From Nemertoderma westbladi (taxonomy: Eukaryota; Animalia; Xenacoelomorpha): a DNA stretch of 64,000 nt. The notes under the pieces are model-generated. The model worked only from the letters and a program-made list of their open reading frames with translations. It had not been told where the DNA came from and did no database searches. This document shows, piece after piece, positions 20,813 through 34,338 of this stretch. The DNA is taken from the NCBI GenBank assembly GCA_032718475.1, contig JAUCBJ010002288.1, positions 12,375-76,374 of the forward strand, read 5' to 3'. A program made the position numbers and the translations under genes. Within the stretch, counting starts at the first letter, position 1. Every line of letters starts with the position of its first letter.

Positions 20813-23800
20813 GTGGATGCGCGGGGGATTAAGTTAGTGGGATGGGTGGGTCCGCATGATGCCGAACCCGAGGTTAACCCCGAGGATTCGGTGTCGTCTG
20901 TTAGTAATACCGCTAGCAGGCACGATAAAATCAGTAAAACGAACAGGCGACGGGAGTCCGCCGTAACCGAAAAGTCCGCTACACCATCCGCGAAAGCAAG
21001 ATGGGTGTTAGAGATAGATCTGGCGTGTCAGCTAGACATGGTCGCGTTGGACCAAAGAGAATTAGAGAGCCAATTGGATGAGGGGACTGCGCTGTTAGAG
21101 AGGGAGAGGGCGTTAGCAAGATAATGTAAAGAGAGGGCTAAAAGGGTAGCAAGAAACTATAGAGAACGTGAGGAGAGGGAAATGAGTGAGCGTAGGGAAC
21201 GGGAAGAGAAAGAAATGAGTGAGCACGAAGAGCGGGAGGCGAGAGAGGCGAACGAGCGCAAAGAGCAAGATGGGAGGGAGGTAGCGAGGGTTGCGAGAGA
21301 AGAGAATGAGTGCAAAGAGCTGGACGCAATGGAGGCAGTGAGGGTTGAGAGGGAAGAGAATGAGCGCAAAGAACGAGAAGCGAGGAAAGCCGAGAGGATT
21401 GAGAGAGAGGTGTACGAGCGCAAAGAGCGAGAGGCGAGGGAGGCAGAGTTAGCCGATCAGAATAGAGAGAAACAGAGAGAGGAACAAAAAAAAAGCAAAC
21501 AGTTGGCCGAAGCCGAAGGCGACCCGAAGGCTCCAATCCTACAACCAATAGATTGCAGGCCCAGCGCTCAACCAACTGAGCTACCCCGCCTTTCGGTGGG
21601 AGAGAGAAACAGAGCGGGTAAAAGAATGAGGGATGATATGTATGCCCAGTTGAGGGGGTTGATACAGTGTCAGGCGAGAAAAAAACGCTGATTAGAACTG
21701 GCGAAAATGGGTTTATCAGAGAGCGAAGCTGATTTGGGAAGTATTTATGAGGAACCAGGTGTGATGGAAACCTTTGTTAATACTCCACTTACAGTTAACG
21801 GACGACAGACACAAAACTGGTGTGACCGGATGGATGGGGGGGGGGGGGGGGGGGGGGGTAATGACAATACGTTTAATGGTAACGTTAATATTAATAATAC
21901 CATAGTCGATAACTCTAACAATAACGAGGGTACATTTCTTACAGGAAATAATGTTTTAGTAAATAATAATAATCCTGATGTTGGTGCGACAAATAATCAA
22001 AGTAATTTAAATAATAATGTTAGTAGTGGTACAATTAATAATAATATAATAAATTATCCTGGTGAAACTAACCCAAATAATTTAAATAATAATATAACAA
22101 ATAGTCGTGGTGAGGCTAGTGGTGGTATACTTAATGTAAATGTTAGGGAAGCAAATAATTCGCCTAGCAGAGGCAGAGAGAAACACAGGCGAATGAACGC
22201 AGGGAGAGCAGAAGTGACGTAGATAATTAAGTCGAGTAGAGGGAGAAAGCCGGTGGGGCCGTACTTTGGGAGATTGCCGTCACCCCGGAGAAACACAGCC
22301 TGGTGATGTATATTACATACCGGAAGGGGGGTACAGAGTGTACCGGGATGGGGAGGATGAGAGAAGAAGGGATCGAAGGGAAACTTCCCATCAGAACGTA
22401 GCTGCTGATCGATGATATGGTAGACGCGGGGAGGAGTTCTCGGAATATTCGAGAAGATTAAACTTCGGTCCGGAGGACCACATTCAGACTGCAGAACATA
22501 TCCTAGGTCTTACTGCACATACTATAGGCCATGCTGGGAGAGATAGTGTAGGGATAGGGTAATGCAAAAGCCGCGATTAGACCAGGAGTGAGTAGGCAAG
22601 AACCCATTAGGCCTATACCGGTACCTGCACACCAGTATGACAATAATATGCAGGGATATAACATATACCCAGGGGAGGGGGGGGGGGGGGGGGGGTATTG
22701 CAGATAAGTGTATGGGCCCCAATATAATGACATCCACCCCAGGGTGACATTCCCCCATCACTGTATCCGCAATACATGCAACCGAACAAAATAAATATCG
22801 CAACCCCCTTAAATCCAAATAAATCATGTGACACCGAGATATGGAGGGGACCATTACCCCCGATACTACTAGGATCGGCATGCTGCATTGCAGCTGCATT
22901 TTTAAGAATGCTGTGCCGGCTTGTCAACAAAATTGCACCGCCACAACTCCCTATGACCCATGACATTTGCTAGATCATCGCATCTTCAAGGCCAGTGTCC
23001 TTTAAGATGTGTCTCAAGAAAGTCATGGGCTGTCCACCCTGCTTATTCACTGCATGAGGCTGCCAAAGTACAAGATTATACACTGGCTGGTCCTCACGGC
23101 GAAAGCAATGTCCTGCAATTACCCCCGATGATATATCCTACACAGGGAAAGTCGACGAACCCGACATCGTGAGGCAATACTAAAGAATTGAAGGAGGATT
23201 AACAATGGCGTGGAAAGCCTTGGACAGGGAATTTGGCCATCCTGTGAAGATTATCCTACAAACCTTAAGGGGAATAACATCAGGCAGACTCGCGGATAAC
23301 TCTGTTTGTATCAAAACCTTTGCCAACAAAGTATAAAAGGCATTGATAGTCTTAAAGACGCTAGAAGCACCATACAAACTTAATGCTTCAAACAACATCA
23401 TGATGATAGCGCAGGCACTACCGATTTGGTTAAGGAATAAGTGGAGAAAGATCGCTTTCTCTACTCGAGAAAAGAAGGGTGCGGAGCTGGGGTTGGAAGA
23501 GATGTCGAACTTCCTTATCTATGAAGCGGAGTTGATAACAGATCCATCACATAACATAATGTTACAGTGAGAACAGTCTAGGCAAAGCACCGAAAACGGA
23601 ACATACTCAACCTAAACCCGGGCATAGTATGGCGAATGCACTCCCAAAAGTAAGGCAGTCACTACCAGATGCGGCCACGCAGGGGACTACAAGTCCACAG
23701 AGGCTTGGGAATAGAACCACATCGTGGCAGGGACAGAGACAAAACAACAATAGCAGTAGATACAAACCTAATACACCGAATAGGCCGAGTCCATACAACC

Positions 23801-26800
23801 AATACACTAAAACACTCGATATGAATCTAAATGCGATATGCGATGCGCTATATAAGGAACGCTACAACCCCGATTACAAATGTCAACTGCATAGAAGTGG
23901 GACGCATAAGATGATAAACTGTAAGCATTGGCAGGCGTGACTTAAACAAGACTGAATAGCTTATACTGGAAAATTTGGACTATGTCACTGATGTGTGGTA
24001 GGAGGACACAGGAAGGATGAATGTCAAGAACGTCCGATTAAGTATGCCGAGACTGATGAAACTGGAGGCCAGACGATGGCGACGAGCACCACGGGAATAA
24101 AGAGGAAAGGAACAGTACTACTTGGAGTAGTACCAGTAAGAATGATTGGGGAAGACGGACTATTGATTACAATGCAGATGCTAGTCAATAGAGGAGCAGC
24201 ATTCACGCTAATGGAGAGTTGGGTAGCCGAAAGAATAGGATTGAAGACCAAGCCAAGTAAAATGGCGGTGACCACGATATCATTCAAGGATGAGGTCATG
24301 AAGATGAGGACCGGATGGTGTGAAATCGGAGCAATAACACCAGGGTGAGATTATGGGGCTACCGTCGAAACCATCCAAATAATGTAGTCGATTAATACCA
24401 ACGTCAGGTGACCTACAAAGATCGAGATCAAACAATATCGGTACCTAGATGGCATCGACTTTTCCATACCCAAACTAGATGTCCCGAAAGTCTCTCTTAT
24501 AGTCGGCATGGATTGTCCGACGGCCCATGAGAGGTTACAAACTATTTTCGGCGATGATAGAGAGTGAGACCCGGTGGCCATTCTGACACCATTTGGATGG
24601 ACACTCAATGGCCCAATAAAGACGAGGATTCCATTTAGCGTATCCGAATCCTCAGGGTGCATGTTTGCAGGAATGATGAGAGAGATAGAGGATGAAGGAG
24701 CAAAGGAACAACTTAAGAGGCTGCTATGGCAGGATTTTGAGGGATTAAAGCAGACCGGGGTAGGAACGCAGGTAGAAGGCAAGCAGGCGCAAGAGAGCGT
24801 CAGGCGATCAATGAAGTGTGAGGGTGGGTGGTATACCATAGGAATGGTATGGAAGGAGCCGAAGCCGCCCTTGCCAAACAATAAAAGGATGGTCGAGACA
24901 AGACTAAACAAATGTTAGGTTAAACGTTAAGTTAAAACAAACGCTTAGGTGGAGCCTGGAGAAGAACGACTACATACATAAGACCATTAAGAAATATGTA
25001 GAGCGGGGGTGGGCCATGGAACTACCAGTAGACAAACAAAATACAGACAGGACTTACTATCTGCTACTTCACATGGCCCTAGATCCTAAGAAAGTCAAAC
25101 TAAGGATGGTGGTTGACGCCTCTGCCAAGACAAACGGCAAGAGCCTAAACAGTATTACCGACTAGAAGGCCCCAATATTTACAATTCGGGGATAGAAGTT
25201 ATGTTGAGATTTAGAAATTGGAAGCACGCCTTCACGTGTGACATTGAGGGCATGTTTAACCAAGTATGGGTAACTGAGGAGGATAGTGATAGTCAATGCT
25301 TCCTGTGGTACAATCCTCAGATCCTCAGATATACTAATGTACAAGATGGTGGTGCAGAATATGGGGGCCAAGTCATCCTCATTCTCCACAACCACAGCCG
25401 TAAGAGACACAGTGGAGGGCAAAGAGGGGGAGTATAGTAAAGAGGTGATCGATGTGATTCGACGCGGGTTCTACGTGGATGATGGGATGGGTTCTGGAAA
25501 CTCCATTGAGGAGATCATGGAGACAGGGCGCAAAGTTCACGACATCCTGAAGAAATTGGGATTCAACTTGACGAAGTTCCAGTCAAACTCTAAAGAATTC
25601 ATGGAAGCCATAGAGGATAAACAACTGGAGGTAAAATTGGATAAACCTATGATGGTAAAGGAACAGATTATGGCGGACAGAAGAGTAGAATCGCAGCAGA
25701 AAGCACTAGGGATCGTATGGAACCAGGAGACAGATGATTTGGAATATCAACTGAGTCAGGAGGGTGCTGGGATCCATACCAAGCGAGGCTATGTGTCATA
25801 CATAGCGAGATTTACGATCCACTTGGATTAGCATCCCCATTGTTAGTCATGGGGAAACAGATACTTAAGAAGGTTTACAAGATCAAAGATGACTAGGATG
25901 CAGTATGGAGGTCCCGATAGAAATAAGTAAACAGTGGGAGAAATGGACAGGGAGCTTAGAAGATATGGGGACTTGCAGTGCGCCACATGTATACTTCCTG
26001 GATGGAGACATGAGTGAATTGGAACTACATATGTTCTCTGATGCATCCCTGGAAGCATATGGTGCTGCGCTTTATTTGGTACAGCGGAAGGGGACTCATA
26101 AACCCAGACTAGCATTCAGTAAAGCGAGGTTGATGCCACCAGATTCAGCATCAGTACCGAAACTCGAGCTAACGGCAGCGAGACTAGGAGTGAGAGCGAC
26201 AGCATGCTTGGTGGATGCGATGACAAGTATAGTAGAAACACACTACTGGACGGATTCTATGGTGTTGTTGGGATGGTTGCATAACGAAAAGATGCGATAT
26301 CCCATATTTGTAGCAAATCGAGTGGATGAGATAAGAGCTACAACAGACTTGGACAAGTGGCACTACTGCCCAACTGACAACAATCCGGTGGACTTGCTAT
26401 CGAGGGGCGTACAGCGCCACGCTTTTTCGAGAAAGCAAGAGCTGTGGCAGCATGGTCCACACTTCCTCAATGACAAGTCAAAGTGGCCACCGATGAGGAA
26501 AGTAGATCCAAGCGGAGAGGAAGTAGTAGTAGAGGATGAGGGAAAAGAATCAGAGGGGGAAGATATATTCAGTCAGTTAATGAGGGAGATTAAGGAGGCA
26601 CTGCCATGATCTAAGACATTAGAGTCGTGTGATAATCCAACAGATAGGTTACTCAGTTACAGCTCTAGCTGGTAGAAGACAAAGAAGCTAGTAGCATATC
26701 TGAGGGTTTACGGATAATTCTTTAGGGGGGCTGGTACGGGTGGCAAGATTAGACCCACCATTGATATGGAAGGGGCGGCTAAAGCCGTGATACGATACAA

Positions 26801-28060
26801 ACAATGGAAGGGATACAGAGATGAAGTTGACTGTGTTAGGAAACAGCAACACCTTCAATAGGACAGCGAGATCAACACGCTGTCGCCGCAACTGGATGAG
26901 GATGGAATCCTGGTCATGAACTCCAGGGTGGTTAATAACACCAGTGCCTTAATTACACCGAAACCAATAATAATCCATAACAAGTCACCGATAGTCCACC
27001 AGATCATATGGGAACACCCATAAGGCCATACTACATGGCGGCACCAACCAGACCATAACCGGGATCAGGAAGAAATATTGGGTAATTCAACTCAGAAAGA
27101 TGGTGAAGGCGGTAGTGGGACAATGCCAAACATGCCGACGGACGAAGAAGGAGAGGGCCGTGCAAGAGATGGCGCCACTGCCAACTAACAGGGTGAGGCA
27201 TCATGACCTACCATTCACACACTGTGGAGTGGACATGTTTGGGCCGATTAAGATAAAAGTAATGCGGCACACCGAAAAACGATATGGCATAATCTTCGTA
27301 TGTAATAGCATGAGGACCGTGGGGATAGAACTGGCTCAGGACGCTATGGCATCGGCATTCATCAATGCATTGGAAAGATTCGTGACCCAGAGATGAGGAA
27401 CGGTCGAAGTATTATACTCCAACAATGGGACTAACTTCGTTGGGGCAGAAAACGAGTTAGCGGAGGCCTTTGACATCTTGGAGGGAGAAGATGTTAAGGC
27501 AGCGATGAGGAGGCACCTGATTAAATGGGAGAGAAGGACGCCATACGCACCACATACGCTGGGCTGATAGAATGCCTAGTCGGAAGCTCCAAGCAGCTGA
27601 TGACCAAACTCATGAACAATCATATGGTGACCGAGGATGTATTAAGGACGGTGCTGGCGAAGTGCGAGGGTATTACCAACACCCGGCCACTGTATCCCGA
27701 GAACGATGATCCAGAATCACTGGACGTTCTGACACCAGCACATCTTCTGATGGTGAGACCAGCGACGATTGACATGCGAAATATCGATCCAGACGATATA
27801 GACACGCGTCAGAGCTGGAAGATGGCTATGGCAATAGGTGCAGATTATTGGAAGATATGGATTCAAGAGTACCTGCCGACACTGCACAAGAGAAGCAAGT
27901 GGAGGAATAGTTAGAAGGAACTCAGGAAGGGTGACTTAATAATTGTAACTGATGATATGTTTATCAATAATCATTGGAGGTTGGCAAGGGTAGTCGAATG
28001 CTACCCTGGTGAGGATGGAAAGACTAGATCCGTGGAGGTAAGAATTGGAGGTTGGAGGAA
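20813..28060 (+). pseudogene. BEL/Pao gag-pol, disrupted by stops and frameshifts
   Basis: Coiled-coil and zinc-knuckle remnants; ILTPFGWTLNGP; RT FTCDIEGMFNQV and FYVDD; RNase H ELHMFSDASLEAYGA and WHYCPTDNNPVDLLSRG; integrase CGVDMFGP; WKIWIQEYLPTLHKRSKW. Confidence 0.92.
22865..23117 (-). mobile_element. 5'-truncated RTE LINE fragment inserted in the BEL gag
   Basis: Reverse complement of ~55482-55730 with a short (AGT)n tail; 12-bp TSD ATTACCCCCGAT at 22853-64 and 23118-29. Confidence 0.9.
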
Positions 28061-28070
28061 AGATTGGGGC

Positions 28071-28658
28071 GGAAGCAGGACAATTCGGTCCCGGACAATT
28101 CGGTCCCACACAATTCGGTCCCATTAATTTTGTGTTTTGGGACCGAATTGTCCGGGACCGAATTGTCCGGGACCGAATTGTGTGTGTTGTTGGTTGGTTA
28201 ACAAGCCTAATTATTATCCTAGATAATAGCTGGATCTCATTCAGGGACTGTTATAATATCATCAATATTGTTGGTAATTAATATAATCAGCAACAGTTTA
28301 GGCCTAATTCTGAAATATCAATGTTTTCACAAGTGTTTTATAATTTCAAGGAAATGCTAGCTAGTAAAAAAAACACTAGCTACACCTTAATAAAAAATAT
28401 ATAATAATGTTCTCAAACACAACCAATAACAAAAATAAAAAAAATACAGTATTTTTTAAATTTCAAAAAATTCTAGCAAGTAAATAACAATTCGGTCCTA
28501 GGGCAATTCGGTCCTAGGAGAATTCGGTCCCGGACAATTCGGTCCCGGACAATTCGGTCCCATTTATTTAGTGTTTTGGCACCGAATTGTCCGGGACCGA
28601 ATTGTCCGGACCGAATTGTCCGGGACCGAATTGTCCGGGACCGAATTGTCCTACATCC
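28071..28658. mobile_element. Foldback/MULE-like MITE with 15-bp subterminal repeats
   Basis: TIR GGA.G.AGGACAATTCGGTCCC; arrays of GGACAATTCGGTCCC in both orientations at each end; 9-bp TSD GATTGGGGC/GATTGTGGC (1 mismatch). Confidence 0.85.
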
Positions 28659-29642
28659 GATTGTGGCGAAGGATAGGAAGACCTACAGGAGGGCGGTAGG
28701 AAAGTGTTGCCTAGTGGAGGGAATGCCTTAATCAGTTGAGTCGTCCAATAAATTGGACTGAGGGGGGTAGGAATGAGTGCGAGACGCCCTTCCCATACAC
28801 AAAACATAAAAATAATAAAATTAAAAAAATATAACTACATACGTCTGATGGGTACGAATGTACCAACGTATTATTTAGTTTAGATGGGCATTATGTACGT
28901 CTGATGGGTACGATGCGAATGTACCAACGTACATAACTTACATACGCACTATAGCCGGGTCAATGGGACCAATAAGTGTACAAAATATGTATGGTAGTAG
29001 AACTAGAAGGGTACATAGTACCACAGTGAGGATTAGAAGGGTACACACACATTGCGCAATGTGCCAATTTACGTAATAAATACCAACGCCGGGTCAATGG
29101 GACCAACAATAGTATGCAATACGTACTATAGTGGGCACTGCGGGTGCCACGTGAGGAGTTGAGGGGGGTATGTAGGCGTAGTAGAATAGTGTAGGCTGCA
29201 CGAACTAGACTACTATAGCGCATAGCCCAGAGTGCACACTTAGAGTATTGTTACAGACCCAGAAAGCTGTCTGGTAGGAAGCTAGTACAAACAATAAGAA
29301 AATTGTAGCTAGTCTTTTCTGTAAACAAGTAGTGATTAATTACTTAGGCAGTAATTGAGTAGTAGATAAAATAATAGGGTATAAGTTGAGGAATATAGCA
29401 GAATAAAAATCATAGAAACTGAGAACTAGGAAATTCTAGAAATATAGTTAAAAATTAACAGACAAAAATTATAAATTAGGAGAAAATTGGCACGTAACGG
29501 GGGAATATTTGTACAAAAAGTTGATAAAAGGCAGATAGAAGGTAGGCCATCACTGATTTAAACTAATTAGAACTATACTTAGTTATCTCTTGCCCTACTG
29601 AGCCTTTGTAAGGCACCACCAGTTTGGTGAGATAGGAGAATC

Positions 29643-30536
29643 GTGATGGCGGAGAAACTAGTGAAGAAGAGAAGGTCGGAGAAGAGCAGGAAACAACTAC
29701 TAGTGGATTTCACGTTGAGACATCCTGAGAATAAGACGAGGGAATACTACAAACGACTTCCGAAGAGTCAGAAAGCGCACGCACTGCAAGATCAGTTTAG
29801 GGAGATTCATGAACAACGATTAGTTGGGACCTACGGGATGCCGCCATTGGATAACACAATCAATGAACATCTTCGTTACGTTGTAAAGGGGGACGAGGGT
29901 ACTTTCGGGATACCGAAGTACGCAAGGGAACTACCTCGAAAGGAATGGAGGAAGTTTGTGGATTCCATGGAGAGGGGCAGATACATGGTCCTAGACGATG
30001 AGGGGACTGTAGAGGATGACGAAGGGCTGATGAGGGGGTCAGGAGGATCGGGTAGAACTATATTGCTGCATTTAGCGGCGCCAAACAGATATATTTTTCT
30101 GTTTGACCTAGGGACCTACGGTAAGAAGAGCGGGCCAAAGTTGAACCAACTACCGGATGTGGTGCAGAAGCTAGTAAGGTCAAAGACTACGATCAAGATG
30201 GGATCGCCGATACGCGATGACGCGGAGAGGATTATTGGACCGGGCACCCAGAATCTTCTGGACATGCAGGTAGTCTACAAGTCTATGATGAAACTGGATG
30301 GATTGGGATTGGTGGATAACACGGTACAATATGGAGCCGTGGCAATGGGTCAGTTGATGGGACTCGTGTGCGACAAGCTGATGGAGTGGAACAAGTTCCG
30401 AGAGGAATACAGGGTGGAACTTGCAAATTCACTCAAGTGGGGGGTGAGACCGGGAAGGGACGAGTTATATCACTTCCAAAAGGGGGTGATTAAGACGTAC
30501 CAGAAGCCTGTAACACACACAGGCCTGTACCTGTAA
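29643..30536 (+). CDS. Extra ORF in the BEL element, putative DEDDy (WRN/RNase D/EXD-like) 3'-5' exonuclease; probably continues as broken frames to ~31463
   Basis: YMVLDDEG (ExoI DxE), LLHLAAPNRYIFLFDL, LPDVVQKLVRSKTTIKMGSPIRDDAERI (ExoII KxGxxIxxD), NLLDMQ; ExoIII not clearly intact near the stop. Confidence 0.65.
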   Translation: MMAEKLVKKRRSEKSRKQLLVDFTLRHPENKTREYYKRLPKSQKAHALQDQFREIHEQRLVGTYGMPPLDNTINEHLRYVVKGDEGTFGIPKYARELPRKEWRKFVDSMERGRYMVLDDEGTVEDDEGLMRGSGGSGRTILLHLAAPNRYIFLFDLGTYGKKSGPKLNQLPDVVQKLVRSKTTIKMGSPIRDDAERIIGPGTQNLLDMQVVYKSMMKLDGLGLVDNTVQYGAVAMGQLMGLVCDKLMEWNKFREEYRVELANSLKWGVRPGRDELYHFQKGVIKTYQKPVTHTGLYL

Positions 30537-31546
30537 GATATATCTTACAGGAAGACTGGATAATCATAGGGTTGGTGAACCTATTTATAACAGTGGTCAT
30601 CAACAGGGAGCCGACGGTGTTTCTACTGATGGGAGGACCTCTGAACCACAGGAGAGCCTTTAAAACTGCTTTGGAAGGTCTTGTAGACCACCTGGTGTAG
30701 AAGGGTGAGTCGGTGTATTACAATACCTGACATCTGGTGGACAGAGAAGTAGATACACCGTATAGACGATGGAAGAAATGTGAGGCGGATAGAGAGGAGG
30801 AAAGAAAGCTAGAGGAAGTCGCTAGGAAAGAGAGGAGGGACGCAGCAGGTAGAGAGGCAGATATAAAGGGAGGGGAATATGATTTTGAGGCCCAAGTCTT
30901 GGATGAGTTGAGATGGGGATCGGAGGCCTCGGGTGAGTTTCAGCTAGGGGATGAGGTGGATTGGAAGGAAGAGTCGATGTCAGAGTCCTGACTAGGCAAA
31001 GGATGAGGCCCAGGAGTTCCAGTGGATGTTTTTCAACATCAACCTACAGGCCCACCAGGAGATTACTAAGAGGAGACTAACATTCACATACCAGGAGGTA
31101 GTGACAGCGGCATCACATGGAGGGGTTATTAACACCGTAAGATATTTCGACAGATGGTCGCCAGAGAACATGATGGAATTCAGGAACTTTCTGGCGGAGC
31201 ATGTGCCGCGTGGAATGAAGATCATCATGTGGGATGCTACCGGAGGGAAGCAGGAGGGACACTCAGTGGGACCACTAGCGAAACGATACAGTGAAAGGAT
31301 AACGTCCGTGCCCAAGGATCCAACTACGGGGCTTGGCAAAATAGTATCAGCGTGGATGAGTAGCCTGAAGGGTAAACAGGAGGAAAAAAAACACCCGAGA
31401 CAGGATGATGATAGGGGCAAAGAGATGAGATGGTTTCTGGAGGGTACGGGAAGAGCACTCTAGAACTCTAGAACTGGGTACGGGTGGTGTTAATGTACCT
31501 GAAAGGCACCATGAGGAGTTAAATGTACAAATAACTCATATAAGTG

Positions 31547-33692
31547 ATACTACTACTACTACTAGGTCGAGCGAACTCGGACAGTGGAAATGAGATCCTT
31601 CCAGGCTTCCCGATTCTCCATAGTTGTCGCAATTTCGTTTCTCCTAAGTTCAGTATCCCTTTCAAGTTGATCTATATATGTTATGGCCGGTCGTCCACGA
31701 CTACGCTTTCCATGAGTTGGTTGCCAGAAAAGTAGATCTGGTATGACCTCGTCTTTACTTCGCCAGCAGTGCCCACTGAATCTTAATCTGCATTCACGGA
31801 GGGTGGTTGATACAGGTGGTATTGTACCATAAAGCTCGGCGTTTGTCATGTGTTGTCTCCAGCTGATGTTTAGGGCTGCCCTTAGTAGTCTTGTGTAGCA
31901 ACTATCAATTCGTTGTTCAAGTGATTTAGTCAGTGTCCAGGTCTCACCCCCATATAAAAATACACTTTCCACTGTGGCTCGAAATAACTTAGTCTTCAGG
32001 TGCCTGGAGAGATCTGATTTCCAGATGGTATCCATTTTTGATAGAGCTACCCAAGCCTTTGCTTTCCTAACTTCTATGTCCTTTTTGCTACTCTCTATCC
32101 ATGATCCAAGGTACTGGAAGTCATCGACCTTCCTTAGTTGATTATTATCAATGGTTGTCAAGTTTCCATCAACATTAAAGGTCATGAATTCGGACTTTGT
32201 AGCATTTATATGCAATCCAACCTCCTTAGCAGCCCTCTCCACTTTATTTAGTAGAAGCTGTGCATCTGCTAGGGTATTAGAGAGCAGGGCGATGTCATCC
32301 GCAAAGTCGGTGTCTGTGACTGCAGTTGCCGGATATCTACTACTTCTGCGTTCTTGAAGTGTGAATCCCAGGTCTTCACCCTTTGTGGCCGTCCTCATTG
32401 CGTAATCCAGCACAATTACAAATAGTAATGGTAGCTGGTCACCTTGCAGTACGCCAGCCAGGATTGAGAAAAACTCAGTTTCACCATCTGGTGAGAGTAC
32501 CTGCGCTTCTGTGTCATAATATAACAATCCAATGCCAGCAACAATTACTTCTGGTATTCCATAAGCTCTTAGGAATTCAAGCATTTTACCTCTATGGATG
32601 GAGTCGAATGCCTTCTTGAAGTCCACAAAAGTCATGACAGCGGGGAGATTCTTTGACTTAATTCCTTCAATCAGTCTCCGTAGTGCAACTATCTGTGCTA
32701 TTGTTGATCTACTTGGTCGAAATCCGTTTTGGCTCTTACGCAGTAGTTTCTCTATGTGAGGCCTAATCCTATATAGAATCATTTTATTGTATATTTTGGC
32801 AGCTACCACAAGCAGACAGATCCCACGATAGCTTGTTGGTATACCGAGGTCTCCTTTCTTGGGGAGAGGCTTTAGTTGACCTTTAGTCCAAATTGGTGGT
32901 GGCTTTTCCCCTTTTAACATCCGGTTGCAAACATTTGGTCTGTTTAGCACTCCGGTTTTCCATACCTCCGCTGGGATTTCATCTAATCCACTCGCTTTAT
33001 TATTGGACATGCTTTTAATGCTTCTTTGGAGTTCGGCAGGTGTGAAGTCCCTGTTTCTATAGGTAGTGTCTTGTCATATATTTTCCTTGTAGGGCTGACC
33101 TCGATGTTTGGTGGCTGCCCAAGCAAGTTGCTGAAGTGATTTTTCCACTTCCCAACACGTTCTTCAGGACTATCGGCTTTGAGGCGCCCCTTTGCACAAC
33201 TTTTCCGACCAGATACCTCATTTACAGTTTGCCAGGTAAGTCTTGATTGTTGCTTTATGTGAGCAATTGTAATTGCTTCAGTTTTATCCTGTATGTACTT
33301 TTCCTGGCTGATGTTGTAGGCCAATTTAAGATCGTCCTTAGCTTTCTCAACCTTGTTAATGTTTTCGGTTGTTCGGTTTTAACTTTGTAGGCTATCTTAA
33401 GATCTTCTCTCTTACAAGTAACCTCAGAGTTTTGCCATGGCACATATTGTTTTCGTTTGGGTTTCTGGGGGATATGCCTCTTAGCTGATTCCTTGTGGGC
33501 TGTTATTATATTCTGGTATATTGAATTGGTGGATTGGTCTTCATCCATTGACTGAAGTGCTTCAAAGCGGTTTTGAACTTCTACTGTATAAGCATCCTTT
33601 ACAGCATTGTCAGTTCTGAGTTTTTCCCAGTCATATTTGATTTGCTTGCTTGTCCTGGGTTTGCTGGCTCTCAAACTGAGTCTGATTTTCTG
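31547..33692 (-). mobile_element. 5'-truncated RTE-clade LINE nested in the BEL element
   Basis: RT ORF 31562-33010 (KASGLDEIP, YRGICLL, FVDFKKAFDSI, GVLQGD, DFADD, LRFSGHCWR) with frameshifted upstream parts; (TAG)n tail; approximate TSD ATATAAG(T/A)G. Confidence 0.93.
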
Positions 33693-34338
33693 ATATAAGA
33701 GCAATTAATACATATAAGTGCAATTAATATGGACATACGTAATCAATCAGTGCTATACATAGTCAGAGTACTACAGTATATATAGTACTATAGTCAGATA
33801 CAACCTTTTTCCAATTAGCTACTGGGACTGGGGACTAATTGACTGGAACAGGAGGACGAGACAAGGGACTCACTTATTATATACAACGTATACGTGTATA
33901 AGACCGTGGGAACCCAACAGGAGTATGGAGAGTGAGAGCAAAAACAGGGTTAAGTATCAGAGAAGCAAGGGAGGGGAGGTATGAGAGTTTGAGGGGAAAG
34001 AGAAGATTGCGAGATCCAAGTGTGAGGGCGAGCAGAGAGGGTAATGAGTCCTATGGGACTAGTGAGCGAGGAGAATGGGCGGTAGAGTCCAGGATAAAAA
34101 TTGTGTGAGGAGAAAGGGCGATCGTCTAAACAGAGACACCAGATGCCTTGGTACAGCTTAGCTCGCAGATGTACCAAGGATGGGTAGTGAAAACAGACAC
34201 AGAGGAGCCAGTATGGAAAGCTGGTCCCGAGAAAAGAATTCCACCCCACATCCAATGCTAGATTGGATTCCAGCGGAATTGGAGCGCACTAAAGGTTGAT
34301 GCTATCTTCTCACCGGGAAGATAGCATGGGGGGGGGGG

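Noticed and set aside
21836-22695. Long G homopolymers as G-quadruplex signals
   Set aside because: Similar G/C runs are scattered through the window (8983, 17483, 19462); their length is error-prone and there is no functional evidence.
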